Counted from the stretch's first letter, positions 1-10,031 are shown. The stretch: DNA of 64,000 bases from Erysipelotrichaceae bacterium (GCA_015059105.1 SVBB01000004.1:5144-69143), one strand, 5' to 3'. Notes: generated by a model from the sequence alone, not told the origin. Translations and numbers: made by a program.

Positions 1-472
1 TTTCATCGTTTTGGTCGCCAGCAAATTCTGAAGAAGGATTGCCGCAGTCATACCAATCTCCAATAACCATATCAAAGGTCTTTTTGCCATTGGATTCTGT
101 TTCATAATAGCTCTTAACAGAATTCCATCCTGTCTCTTCGCTTGTTCCAGAAAAAGCAGTAGTGACCTTGCTAAGTATCGTTTCCTTATCTTCCCCAGGA
201 TTGATGAGATTTTCAGAATCGCTGAACCACACAGGTAAGACGAGATATTTCGAATTAGTGACACTAGTTGGAATTGAACTTTCATAATAAACGCTGTTCT
301 TCACATAGTTTTCATAGATAGAAGGAAGAATAGAAGAAGGTTTTTTGGAAGTTGATTCGCCTTCACCAGAAGAACCGCTTTGGCTAGAAGTAGAAGAAAG
401 AATATCGATATATCGACAGCTCGTTAATGATAATGCAGATAAGATAAGCGTAATAAAAAGAATTTTCTTCAT
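1..472 (-). CDS. Lipoprotein, N-terminal part only; the gene continues beyond the window start
   Basis: The minus-strand ORF begins at the ATG at 470-472 and reads MKKILFITLILSALSLTSC, a signal peptide plus lipobox Cys, followed by a Ser/Gly-rich linker. The coding frame stays open to position 1. Confidence 0.5.
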   Translation of the reverse strand, partial: MKKILFITLILSALSLTSCRYIDILSSTSSQSGSSGEGESTSKKPSSILPSIYENYVKNSVYYESSIPTSVTNSKYLVLPVWFSDSENLINPGEDKETILSKVTTAFSGTSEETGWNSVKSYYETESNGKKTFDMVIGDWYDCGNPSSEFAGDQNDE

Positions 473-590
473 AAGAAAATAATACTACTTTTAATGTTAA
501 TAATCATAATTAAATGTGAAAAAAGTACAGATAATAAAAAGTTTTACTTTTTCTTAATAAGGAATAATCTTTGATTTATAATAAATACAT

Positions 591-2315
591 ATGGAACAAG
601 AAGCACCTGTTAAAAAGAAAAAACACCATGTTGGTTTATGGATTACATTGATCATCATTTTTGTATTAGTCATTTTACCTGTGGGATTAGCCTTTGCTTT
701 GTTCTTTGACCCTTCTCATAAGAGCGAAGAACAATTAGGAATTGATACAACAGGGAAAGCTCAATCGGTCAGTAAAAACCTCGTGGTTGATATGTTTGAC
801 TACACCGATAATGCGGATATGAAGAATTCGATATTGATATCTATTACCGAACAAGATGTTAATCAAGCCCTATATGATGGCATACTTTCTAAAATGGACG
901 CAAACACAAAATCGTTTATCCAAGCAGTATATTTAGAAGTTAACGAAGATGATTATACATTTACGGTCGAGCTCAATGCTTATGGCTTTTTCAAGACGCG
1001 TTTGATGCTTGTCACCGGCTTATCTTTGTCAGATAATCCTAAAGGATTAATGTTTGAAATTAAAAATATTAAAATCGCAAGACTTGGTGGAGTGCAGAGC
1101 ATTTCTATAAACATTCTTAAAAACTTCATCAACGATGCCGAATTAACAAAACAAATTCAGCAAGGAACGCATTTTGGAATTGAATCTCATTTATTTGATG
1201 ATAGTAATAAACACTATCTATTCTATCCACAAACACGCTTTATTGAAGATATGAAGAATATGATTGCTATCGATCAAAGCGTCGCGTTCTTCCAAGATTT
1301 CCTCATCGATATGATTTCTCAAAGAAAACTGACATTTGATTTCTATACTAATAAAGCAGTTAATGGACTATTATCCTTACAGGATTTTCATAACAATCCT
1401 ACTTATTGTAGTTATAACGATTATGTTATCGATTTTAATAACAAGGAATTGCTCAATCGATATCTTCCTTCGTTATTAAAAGAAGGAAAAGTCAATGAAC
1501 AAAACATCGATACTGTTTCTAAATTCTTATCTTATGGTTATACCCAATTAGATGAATCAGAAAAAACGTTTATTGATACCCAAGATTATCTTGCGGCTGC
1601 TTTAGGAAAATCATTAGCAGAATATTCTACTGATAGAGAATTAAAATTTGCTTCTAAAGGAGCAGCGTTAAAAGATGTGGAACAAATTGAGGATATCGTT
1701 TCTAAACAAGTGAGCGACTCATTGACCCCAACACGCATCGCGGAAATCATCGCTAGTAATGGTGGTAAAGTCAGCGATATCGCAATCGATGAAATACAAT
1801 TACACGATGTTTTAAAAACTAATCCAATCGTCGGGTACGGCAAAACATTCTATCGTCCAACTACTGATGGTAGTTATAAAGTTAGCTTTATCACTTTGGA
1901 CAACATCTATTTGAATATTGTTAATAACAATATCTATTACATCGTTGGTCTTAATATCAATGGTTATGAAGTGACTTTAATTCTTTCAACGATCATTCAA
2001 AGCAGTGGAAACGGCAAACTTAGTTTCAAGCTTGATAGCAATAATGTTTATTTAGGTAACTATAAATTACCTTCTACTTTATTTAATTCCCTCACGACGA
2101 TGTTAGGAGAGGCGATTGGTAATAGTGGGTGGTTCTCGTATGATGGAACAACTAATAGTTTCGTCGTCGATTTTTCTGAAGCGATTGAAAATAACAGTGA
2201 AATTAAAATATTAAAAGCAAGCGGTTTGAATATCAATATTGGAGTCTCCGCTTTAGGCAGTGCGATTTCTGATAACGGACATATCGAGATATCCGTTTCT
2301 GCATCGAAAAGTTAA
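591..2315 (+). CDS. Hypothetical membrane-anchored protein, 574 aa, with an N-terminal TM helix and a large extracytoplasmic domain
   Basis: A long ORF with a single N-terminal hydrophobic helix (LWITLIIIFVLVILPVGLAF). I recognise no catalytic motif. An A/T-rich promoter-like region lies upstream. Confidence 0.55.
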   Translation: MEQEAPVKKKKHHVGLWITLIIIFVLVILPVGLAFALFFDPSHKSEEQLGIDTTGKAQSVSKNLVVDMFDYTDNADMKNSILISITEQDVNQALYDGILSKMDANTKSFIQAVYLEVNEDDYTFTVELNAYGFFKTRLMLVTGLSLSDNPKGLMFEIKNIKIARLGGVQSISINILKNFINDAELTKQIQQGTHFGIESHLFDDSNKHYLFYPQTRFIEDMKNMIAIDQSVAFFQDFLIDMISQRKLTFDFYTNKAVNGLLSLQDFHNNPTYCSYNDYVIDFNNKELLNRYLPSLLKEGKVNEQNIDTVSKFLSYGYTQLDESEKTFIDTQDYLAAALGKSLAEYSTDRELKFASKGAALKDVEQIEDIVSKQVSDSLTPTRIAEIIASNGGKVSDIAIDEIQLHDVLKTNPIVGYGKTFYRPTTDGSYKVSFITLDNIYLNIVNNNIYYIVGLNINGYEVTLILSTIIQSSGNGKLSFKLDSNNVYLGNYKLPSTLFNSLTTMLGEAIGNSGWFSYDGTTNSFVVDFSEAIENNSEIKILKASGLNINIGVSALGSAISDNGHIEISVSASKS

Positions 2316-2371
2316 TTTGTTTGGTTATAACTCATTAAATGAGTATAATAGAAAAGAAAGAAGGTAAAATT

Positions 2372-3247
2372 ATGGCATTAGTTAGTGCAACAAAAATGAT
2401 TAATGATGCCCACGCAGGACATTATGCAATCTGTGCTTTCAACATCAACAATTTAGAATGGACAAAATCAATTCTAGAAGCTTGTGAAAAAGCAAAAGCC
2501 CCAGTCATTCTCGAAGTGAGTGAAGGAGCAAATAAATATATGTGTGGCTTCAAGACAGTCGCCAACATGGTTAAGAATATCGTTGAATTCTTAGGCATTA
2601 CTGTTCCAGTGGCCTTACACTTAGACCATGGTACTTACGAAGGTGCGAAAGCCGCGATTGAAGCGGGTTACACATCCGTCATGTTCGATGGTTCCCATTA
2701 TCCATTTGAAGAAAACTTAGAAAAATCCAAAGAAATCATCGCTTTAGCGCATTCCAAAGGTATCTCTGTTGAATGTGAAGTCGGTGGTATTGGTGGATCT
2801 GAAGACGGCGTTACATCCGCTGGTGAAAAAGCTGATCCAAAAGAATGCAAGGTTATCGCTGAATTAGGCGTTGACTTCTTAGCCGCTGGTATCGGTAACA
2901 TCCACGGTTTATATCCAGCTGATTGGCAAGGCTTAGATCTCCAAAGATTAGCGGAAATTCAAGAAGCCACTAACGGTAAACCACTCGTCTTACACGGTGG
3001 TACTGGTATTCCATTCCCAATGGTGAGAAGTGCGATTGAAAGAGGTGTTAGCAAAGTTAACATCAACACTGATCTCCAATTAGCGTTTGCTAAAGGCGAA
3101 AGAGAATATTTCGAAGCTGGCAAAGACCAAGACTTAAAAGGCAAAGGATTCGATCCACGTAAATTATTAAAACCTGGATGTGAAGCCATCAAAGCCAAAG
3201 TCGAAGAACTCTTAAAAGAATTCGGCTCCTACGGCAAAGCTGCTTAA
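2372..3247 (+). CDS. fba: Class II fructose-bisphosphate aldolase
   Basis: MALVSATKMINDAHAGHYAICAFN and LHLDHG with H-x-GGTG are class II FBA/tagatose-bisphosphate aldolase signatures. An RBS, aaagaagg, precedes the internal Met at 2372. The ORF-track start at 2339 is probably an N-terminal over-extension. Confidence 0.9.
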   Translation: MALVSATKMINDAHAGHYAICAFNINNLEWTKSILEACEKAKAPVILEVSEGANKYMCGFKTVANMVKNIVEFLGITVPVALHLDHGTYEGAKAAIEAGYTSVMFDGSHYPFEENLEKSKEIIALAHSKGISVECEVGGIGGSEDGVTSAGEKADPKECKVIAELGVDFLAAGIGNIHGLYPADWQGLDLQRLAEIQEATNGKPLVLHGGTGIPFPMVRSAIERGVSKVNINTDLQLAFAKGEREYFEAGKDQDLKGKGFDPRKLLKPGCEAIKAKVEELLKEFGSYGKAA

Positions 3248-3266
3248 TTAATTTATTAATTAGATT

Positions 3267-3296
3267 GCGGTATCTCCGGGTACCGCTTTTTATTAT
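3267..3296 (+). terminator. Intrinsic terminator after fba
   Basis: The hairpin gcggta-N8-taccgc is followed by a tttttatt run. Confidence 0.6.
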
Positions 3297-3337
3297 TAGA
3301 TGTTGCGCAAAAAATATTGCACATATATAATTAAGGT

Positions 3338-3802
3338 ATGAATGATCTCGCTAAAAAAAGAAAAGAATTAGGTTTAACACAAGAACACGTCGCCAAATTA
3401 GCGGGTGTTTCAAGACGCACTTACCAGACATATGAGGAAAATGAAATAGATAATGAAACGTATAGGATTCTTAATGCGTTAGTTGAAGAAATATCTAGTG
3501 GTCGTAATCGCATCATACCTTTAACTACTATAAAAACAGTAGTGAGACGAGTGCTGAAGAATTATCCAGAAGTAGCTGCTGCATATTTATTTGGTAGCTA
3601 CGCAAGAGGGGAAGCAACAGGAAAAAGTGACATTGATATATTGTTGGTGCTAAATGAACCAATGGGTATGAAATATTTTGGAATAGGGGCTGAGATTAAA
3701 GAGGCATTAAATAAAGAAGTAGATTTACTTACGCACAAGCAATTAATGAACGACGAATATTTATTAAGAAGGGTTTTAACAGATGCAATCAGAATTTATT
3801 GA
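3338..3802 (+). CDS. HTH (XRE-type) fused to a minimal nucleotidyltransferase (MNT) antitoxin
   Basis: The N-terminus LGLTQEHVAKLAGVSRRTYQTYE is an XRE helix-turn-helix. The C-terminal half carries the GSYARGEATGKSDIDILL MNT motif (GS-x9-11-D-x-D). It overlaps the downstream HEPN gene by 20 nt. Confidence 0.8.
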   Translation: MNDLAKKRKELGLTQEHVAKLAGVSRRTYQTYEENEIDNETYRILNALVEEISSGRNRIIPLTTIKTVVRRVLKNYPEVAAAYLFGSYARGEATGKSDIDILLVLNEPMGMKYFGIGAEIKEALNKEVDLLTHKQLMNDEYLLRRVLTDAIRIY

Positions 3803-4163
3803 TAAAGAACTATTAATACATCGATTGAAAAAAATAATTTTTATGATTGATGAAGTGTCAAATGATTTAGCAAAGATTAGCTTTGAAGACTTTAAGAAAT
3901 CAAGTGTTATTATCCGGGCGTCGTGTTTTTCACTATCCCAAATTGGAGAAACAATGAATAATATTGAAAAGAAAATCGGCAAAGCATATCCCAATATTCC
4001 TTGGAAAAACGCAAGAGATATGAGAAATCTCCTCGTCCATGATTATGACCATGTAAACGAAGAAATAGTCTATAAGACTTCAAAAGAAGATCTTCCTTTG
4101 TTAAAGAAATCACTGCTTGCATTAATAGACGATTTGGAGAAAGGTCTAGAAATCCCTTGTTAA
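3783..4163 (+). CDS. HepT-like HEPN ribonuclease toxin (DUF86)
   Basis: The R-x4-H HEPN motif RNLLVHDY lies near the C-terminus. The size (126 aa) and the translational coupling to the upstream MNT gene are typical of MNT/HepT pairs. Confidence 0.8.
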   Translation: MQSEFIDKELLIHRLKKIIFMIDEVSNDLAKISFEDFKKSSVIIRASCFSLSQIGETMNNIEKKIGKAYPNIPWKNARDMRNLLVHDYDHVNEEIVYKTSKEDLPLLKKSLLALIDDLEKGLEIPC

Positions 4164-4191
4164 AGGGATTTTTTATTACTAAAATTAAAAT

Positions 4192-4884
4192 ATGGAATTT
4201 GCAGGATTAGATAAATTATCGTTAGTGGATTTTGATGGGCATATCTCATGTATTCTTTTTACACGCGGCTGTAATTTCGCCTGTCCATTTTGTCATAATG
4301 GTCCTCTTGTAATTCCAGGCGTTGACAATCAATTTATTCCTTTTGAAGAAATATTATCTTTCTTAAAGAAGAGACAAGGGGTGTTGGACGCGGTTGTCAT
4401 CTCTGGTGGGGAACCAACCTTAATGCCAGATTTAAAAGAAAAAATTGAAGCGATTAAAGATTTAGGATATCTTATTAAACTCGATAGCAATGGAACTAGA
4501 CCAGAAGTTATCAAAGATCTCGTCGAATCTCATCTCATCGATTATATTGCGATGGATGTAAAATCTTCTTTAGAAACATATCCATTAATCACAAATGCGC
4601 GAGTGAATACCGATAAAATCGTGGAATCGATTAATTATATTAAGTCATGTGGAATCGATTATGAATTTAGAACGACATTGATCGATGAATTTCATGATGA
4701 AGAAGATATCCGTCAAATGGCGGAACTCGTCGGTAATGCGAAGAGATTTCGTCTACAAAAATATATCGATAGAGAAGGCTGCATTTCTCATGGCTTCCAT
4801 GAAGTGCCATTAGAAGTCGCAAAGAAATATATGGAGATATTAAAAAGCCACATTGATGATGTGGCTCTTAGAAGTTACGAATAA
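4192..4884 (+). CDS. nrdG: Anaerobic ribonucleoside-triphosphate reductase activating protein (radical SAM)
   Basis: CNFACPFCHN is the radical-SAM cluster motif. The size is NrdG-like, and the gene is adjacent to nrdD. Confidence 0.85.
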   Translation: MEFAGLDKLSLVDFDGHISCILFTRGCNFACPFCHNGPLVIPGVDNQFIPFEEILSFLKKRQGVLDAVVISGGEPTLMPDLKEKIEAIKDLGYLIKLDSNGTRPEVIKDLVESHLIDYIAMDVKSSLETYPLITNARVNTDKIVESINYIKSCGIDYEFRTTLIDEFHDEEDIRQMAELVGNAKRFRLQKYIDREGCISHGFHEVPLEVAKKYMEILKSHIDDVALRSYE

Positions 4885-4887
4885 TTA

Positions 4888-5799
4888 TTAATCAAGTGAA
4901 CGGAGGACGTTGAAGGCGGCTATCGCTCCATCGTTACATGCAGTTTGGACCTGACGAAGGTCTTTTTTTGTGCAGTCTCCGATGGCATATAATCCTTCAG
5001 TTTTGGTTTTCATCTTGCTGTCGACAATGATGAAGCCTCTTTCGTTTAATTCAACGAGGTTTTCAAATCTCTTATTATCGGCTTTTTGACCGATGCAGAT
5101 GAAGACACCTTTACAAGGAATAACGACTTCTTCACCCGTTTGGGTGTGCTTGAAGCGAAGTCCTTCAAGTTCGTCTTTGCCTAAGAATTCTTGTAAAGCG
5201 ATTTGCTTGATGACACTCAGCTTAGGATTAGCTTCGATGCGGTCGACAAGAATCTTATCCGCGAAGAATTTATCGAATAATAACGCCATAGTAACGTGGT
5301 TACAGTAGTTGGTGAGAAGTAAGGCGTATTGAGCAGCGGTATTCGCGTCTCCAATAACAACGACATCTTCTCCTTTAAAGAAGGCACCGTCACAAGTCGC
5401 ACAGTAGCTCACGCCTTTACCGATTAATTCTTCTTCTCTTTCTACCCCGATATGGTTATGAACAACACCAGTTGCAATGATCACTGTTTTACCTTGGTGC
5501 TCACCGTAATTGGTTTTGACCGTAAAGATATTGTTATCTTTAGAAATTGATTCAACTTCTTCAAGTTCAAATTCAACGCCTAAATCAGAGATTTGATCGA
5601 ATAAATTAGAAGAGAATTGTTCTCCGCTTATCTCCTTGATAGAAGGGATATTTTCTACGCGTGGAGAAGTAGCGATTTGTCCACCGAATGCTTCTCTTTC
5701 AATGAGAAGAACGGATTTGCCACCTCTTAATATATTAAGGGCAGCAGTCATTCCCGCCGGACCACCTCCAATGATGATACTATCGTAGATATTAGGCAT
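4888..5799 (-). CDS. trxB: Thioredoxin-disulfide reductase
   Basis: IIGGGPAGMTAA is the FAD-binding GxGxxG motif and CATCDG is the redox-active CxxC. The gene overlaps the nrdD stop by 8 nt, suggesting an operon with nrdD. Confidence 0.85.
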   Translation of the reverse strand: MPNIYDSIIIGGGPAGMTAALNILRGGKSVLLIEREAFGGQIATSPRVENIPSIKEISGEQFSSNLFDQISDLGVEFELEEVESISKDNNIFTVKTNYGEHQGKTVIIATGVVHNHIGVEREEELIGKGVSYCATCDGAFFKGEDVVVIGDANTAAQYALLLTNYCNHVTMALLFDKFFADKILVDRIEANPKLSVIKQIALQEFLGKDELEGLRFKHTQTGEEVVIPCKGVFICIGQKADNKRFENLVELNERGFIIVDSKMKTKTEGLYAIGDCTKKDLRQVQTACNDGAIAAFNVLRSLD

Positions 5800-8170
5800 C
5801 AGCTTGTCCTTCTAAATATCCTTTGATTTTGCTGACGTTGTCATAGACGTCATAGCCACCTTTACCGTTTGGGACGAATAAAGTTGGGGCTTTCTTAACG
5901 CCGAATTTATTAGTTAATTCGACATCTTCTTCGGCATCGATGATATTGACTTCGACATTGTGTTTAGCAAGAAGCATCTTTGCCATTTTGCAGTTAGGGC
6001 AAGTCTTAGTAGTGAATAAGATTAAGCCTTCTAATTGTTCAGTAGCGGCTTGGACATCAACTGGGACATTGTGTTCAACTGCTTGTTTATGCATCACAGA
6101 GTTAGCGATGTTATATGTTTGTCTGTTCTTGAATTCTTCAAGTTTACCAACGTTCCAGTTTTGAATTGGACGATAGTAACCAGTAATACGAGAATAGACT
6201 TCAGTGACTTCCCCACATTTTGGACAGCGGTAGACTTCGCCGACGATATAGCCATCATTCTTACAAACGGAATAAGTTGGGGACATCGTGTAATATGGGA
6301 GACGGTAATTCTCTGCGATTTTTCTCACAAGATTCATACAGGACTGCCAATCTGGCAATTTTTGTCCTAAGAATGCATGGAAGACAGTACCAGAAGTGTA
6401 TAAAGTTTGTAAATTGTCTTGGACATCAAGAGCAGAGAAGATATCATCTGTATAACCAACTGGTAAGTGAGAAGAGTTAGTGTAATATGGTGCTTCATCA
6501 TTATCGCTGGCAGTAATGATATCTGGGAATCTTTCTTTGTCGTGCTTCGCTAAACGATAAGCAGTGGATTCTGCTGGTGTTGCTTCAAGGTTATATAAGT
6601 CACCATATTGTTCTTGGTAATCAGAGAGTTTATTTCTCATGAAGTTGAGAACATCTTGGGTGAATTGTTGTGCAACTGGATCAGTTAAATCTTTCTTTAA
6701 CCATCTCGCATTTAAGCAAGCTTCATTCATACCGACTAAGCCAATAGTGGAGAAGTGGTTATTAAATGTGCCTAAATATCTCTTAGTATATGGATATAAA
6801 CCAGCTTCGAGGAGTTTAGTGATGACAGTACGTTTTGTCTTTAAGCTTCTCGCGGAGATATCCATTAATCTAGATAATCTTGCATAGAAATCTTTTTCAT
6901 CTGTCGCTAAATAAGCGATACGTGGCATGTTGATAGTGACAACACCAACGGAACCAGTGGATTCACCAGAGCCGAAGAAGCCACCAGATTTCTTTCTTAA
7001 TTCTCTTAAGTCAAGTCTTAAACGGCAGCACATAGAACGGACATCGCTTGGTTCCATATCAGAGTTGATATAGTTGGAGAAATATGGAGTGCCGTATTTG
7101 GCAGTCATTTCGAATAATAATTTATTATTTTCTGTTTCAGACCAGTCGAAGTCACGAGTGATGGAATAAGTTGGGATTGGGTATTGGAAACCACGGCCAT
7201 TAGCATCGCCTTCAATCATGATCTCGATAAAGGCTTTGTTGACCATATCCATTTCTTTCTTGCAGTCTTTATATTTAAATGGCATTTCTTTACCACCGAC
7301 GATCGCGTTTAATTCCGCTAAGTCGTTTGGTACAGTCCAGTCTAAAGTGACGTTAGTAAATGGTGCTTGTGTACCCCATCTAGATGGTGTGTTGACACCA
7401 TAGATGAAGGATTGAATGCATTGTTTGACTTCTTTATAAGTTAAACCGTCAGCTTTGACGAATGGTGCTAAATATGTATCGAAAGAGGAGAATGCTTGCG
7501 CGCCAGCCCATTCATTTTGCATGATACCAAGGAAGTTGACCATTTGGTTACATAATGTAGAGAGGTGGCTAGCAGGAGCAGAAGTAATTTTGCCAACAAC
7601 ACCGCCTAATCCTTCTTGGATTAATTGTTTGAGTGACCAACCAGCACAGTAGCCAGTGAGCATGCTTAAATCGTGGATGTGGATTTCCGCATTGCGGTGC
7701 GCATCTGCAATTTCTTTATCATATACTTCACTTAACCAATAGTTGGCTGTAATTGCACCGGAGTTACTGAGAATTAACCCACCGACACTGTAAGTAACAG
7801 TGGAATTCTCTTTGACACGCCAGTCAGCGATTTTTAAATAGTTATCGACAGTTTTCTTATAGTCGAGTTCAGTGGAAGCCATTTCACGAAGACTCTCGTG
7901 TTGGCGACGATAGAAGATGTAGGCCTTTGCAACATCGGTATAACCAGTCGCAACTAAAACATTTTCGACGGAATCTTGAATATCTTCGACGGAAATGAGG
8001 TCATCTCTAACTTTCTTGGAGAAATCAGCAGTAGTTCTTAAGGCTAACTTCTCAATAATCTCATCTGTGAATACTTTGTGTTCAGCAACGAATGCTTTGG
8101 TGATCGCGTTGCTTATCTTTGATAATTCGAATGGAACAATCGATCCATCTCTTTTTTTAACGTTGAGCAT
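5792..8170 (-). CDS. nrdD: Anaerobic ribonucleoside-triphosphate reductase (class III) with a C-terminal glutaredoxin/NrdH-like thioredoxin-fold extension
   Basis: The protein has an ATP-cone N-terminus. The glycyl-radical C-terminal motif RITGYYRP and a Zn-ribbon CPKCG are present. About 100 extra C-terminal residues follow, with TCPNCK and a thioredoxin fold. The start is set at the Met of MLNVKKRDG, which is preceded by the RBS gaggagg. The ORF-track start at 8239 looks over-extended. Confidence 0.9.
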   Translation of the reverse strand: MLNVKKRDGSIVPFELSKISNAITKAFVAEHKVFTDEIIEKLALRTTADFSKKVRDDLISVEDIQDSVENVLVATGYTDVAKAYIFYRRQHESLREMASTELDYKKTVDNYLKIADWRVKENSTVTYSVGGLILSNSGAITANYWLSEVYDKEIADAHRNAEIHIHDLSMLTGYCAGWSLKQLIQEGLGGVVGKITSAPASHLSTLCNQMVNFLGIMQNEWAGAQAFSSFDTYLAPFVKADGLTYKEVKQCIQSFIYGVNTPSRWGTQAPFTNVTLDWTVPNDLAELNAIVGGKEMPFKYKDCKKEMDMVNKAFIEIMIEGDANGRGFQYPIPTYSITRDFDWSETENNKLLFEMTAKYGTPYFSNYINSDMEPSDVRSMCCRLRLDLRELRKKSGGFFGSGESTGSVGVVTINMPRIAYLATDEKDFYARLSRLMDISARSLKTKRTVITKLLEAGLYPYTKRYLGTFNNHFSTIGLVGMNEACLNARWLKKDLTDPVAQQFTQDVLNFMRNKLSDYQEQYGDLYNLEATPAESTAYRLAKHDKERFPDIITASDNDEAPYYTNSSHLPVGYTDDIFSALDVQDNLQTLYTSGTVFHAFLGQKLPDWQSCMNLVRKIAENYRLPYYTMSPTYSVCKNDGYIVGEVYRCPKCGEVTEVYSRITGYYRPIQNWNVGKLEEFKNRQTYNIANSVMHKQAVEHNVPVDVQAATEQLEGLILFTTKTCPNCKMAKMLLAKHNVEVNIIDAEEDVELTNKFGVKKAPTLFVPNGKGGYDVYDNVSKIKGYLEGQADA

Positions 8171-8371
8171 AAAATTGGTCCTCCTCTTCATAGACTTACT
8201 CAAATTATAGAATGTTTGCAATGATCTAAGTGTCAGCACCCACTTATATCAAGGTAGAATTATACTAAACAAAATACCGCCTTAAATCAACTAATAAAAA
8301 CATATTTTTTTTGACACTGTCTAATTAGCAAAATCGCTAGCAAAAAAGGGATTAAACTACATTATTGAGCA

Positions 8372-8398
8372 AGAAAAAACCACAACGTTAATTGTGGC
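8372..8398 (-). terminator. Intrinsic terminator downstream of mscL (minus strand)
   Basis: The hairpin ccacaa-N6-ttgtgg is flanked by an A-run on the plus strand, which is a U-run on the minus transcript. Confidence 0.5.
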
Positions 8399-8406
8399 TA
8401 ATTCTC

Positions 8407-8949
8407 TTATTTTTCTTTCTTATTTTCTTTTGTCTCTTTTAGCAAATCGCGAATTTCATTGAGAACATCGAGTTCTGTTGGTTTTGGTTCTTCTGGAACT
8501 GGTTCAACAGGTCTTTCTTCTGGATGCTTTTGATAATATGCTTCAAGAGCTTTTGCATCAAGTTTTTCCTTCTTATCGTGAATAGCATTAAAGATTTTGA
8601 TGATGGCAAATAAAACCATTGCGATTAATAAAAAGTTAATAACTGCTTCGATAAAAGCGCCCCAATCGATGAAAATACATTTCGCATTTGCCACTTCCGC
8701 GCCATCTTGGGTGACGAATTGTGGTTCACCGTTAAGAATTGTGATCAAATTGATGCCCTTACCACCTGTTGCTGTGTGGATGATGAGGTTGATAAGAGGC
8801 ATGATGATTTTATTAGTAAGAGCAGTGACAATAGCTGAGAAGGCTCCACCAATAATCACACCAACTGCTAAATCGATGATGTTACCGCGAGTAATAAATT
8901 TCTTAAATTCGAAGAATAATCCTTTTCCTTTTTTAGGTTTTCCTAACAT
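8407..8949 (-). CDS. mscL: Large-conductance mechanosensitive channel with a charged C-terminal extension
   Basis: GNIIDLAVGVIIGGAFSAIVTAL is the hallmark MscL TM1. The protein is 180 aa against the usual ~130. The tail is a Pro/Glu-rich extension. Confidence 0.85.
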   Translation of the reverse strand: MLGKPKKGKGLFFEFKKFITRGNIIDLAVGVIIGGAFSAIVTALTNKIIMPLINLIIHTATGGKGINLITILNGEPQFVTQDGAEVANAKCIFIDWGAFIEAVINFLLIAMVLFAIIKIFNAIHDKKEKLDAKALEAYYQKHPEERPVEPVPEEPKPTELDVLNEIRDLLKETKENKKEK

Positions 8950-9032
8950 TTTGTTTCCTCCTTTTTAATTCATTTTAGTATTGAAAGAGATTTTTGTTAA
9001 CAAAAAACATATTTATAGAATAAAATATAATC

Positions 9033-10031
9033 ATGATTGATTTACAAGTACACTTAGATGGTTCATTAACCAAGGAAGATATTATTTATCTTGCTGATAT
9101 GCAAAGGAAAGAACTTCCTGAAAATTTTGAAGATTTATTATGCGCGAAAGACAAATGTAAGAACATTAGAGAATATCTCAAATATTTTGATTTCCCTCTT
9201 TCATTACTCCAAAATGTCGATGCGATTGAATATGCGATGTATTCGTTAACATCGCGTCTCGCTAAACAAGGGTTATTATATGCGGAGATTAGATTTGCTC
9301 CCGCTCTTCATATCAAAAATTATCTCACTCAAGAAAGAGTGATTAAAGCCGCTTTACGCGGATTATATAAAGGATTATATGAGAATCCAGGTTTTGATGC
9401 GAACTTGATTCTCGTCTGCATGAGAGAATTTGGCATCGAAACCAATATGATTACGTGCAAGCATGCGATTAATTATAGTAAGGATAATAAGATTGTCGGT
9501 ATTGATTTAGCAGGAAACGAAAAAGTGAAACCTTGTTCCTATTTCAAAGACGTCTTCCTTTTAGCGAAGAAACATAATCTTCCATTTGTGATTCACGCGG
9601 GAGAAACTCGCGATGAAAAAGAAGTGATTGACGCAGTGGAACTCGGTGCTTCTCGTATCAGCCATGGCTTAAGTGTCGATTTCACCCCAAAGATGAATTA
9701 TTATCTCTCATCTCATAATGTCACTTTTGAACTATGTCCTACTCAAAATATCGATACCAAGGTTCTTCCAGATTATGAATCTTGCCCAATTAGAAAGATT
9801 TCCCGCGCGGGCGTATTAGCGACCATCTGTTCTGGTAACCAAACGATTAGCAACACTAATATTAATAAGGAATATATACATATGATTAAACATCAGAACT
9901 TTAGAAAAGAAGATGTTTATGAATATTTATCAAAAGCTGTGCAAGCTTCATTCTTGCGAGTTAAAGAAAAAGGGCAACTCATCAATAAGTTAGTCGCCCA
10001 ATTTGAGTATTTTTATAATTCTATTATATAA
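9033..10031 (+). CDS. add: Adenosine deaminase
   Basis: VHLDGSL is the N-terminal Zn-ligand motif and SHG..FELCPTQN is adenosine-deaminase-family. Confidence 0.85.
   Translation: MIDLQVHLDGSLTKEDIIYLADMQRKELPENFEDLLCAKDKCKNIREYLKYFDFPLSLLQNVDAIEYAMYSLTSRLAKQGLLYAEIRFAPALHIKNYLTQERVIKAALRGLYKGLYENPGFDANLILVCMREFGIETNMITCKHAINYSKDNKIVGIDLAGNEKVKPCSYFKDVFLLAKKHNLPFVIHAGETRDEKEVIDAVELGASRISHGLSVDFTPKMNYYLSSHNVTFELCPTQNIDTKVLPDYESCPIRKISRAGVLATICSGNQTISNTNINKEYIHMIKHQNFRKEDVYEYLSKAVQASFLRVKEKGQLINKLVAQFEYFYNSII

Noticed and set aside
8240-8406. Looked for an NrdR box upstream of nrdD
   Set aside because: Only a weak partial match (acacttagatcattg) is present, with no tandem 16-bp palindromes. 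An NrdR box cannot be supported from the sequence.
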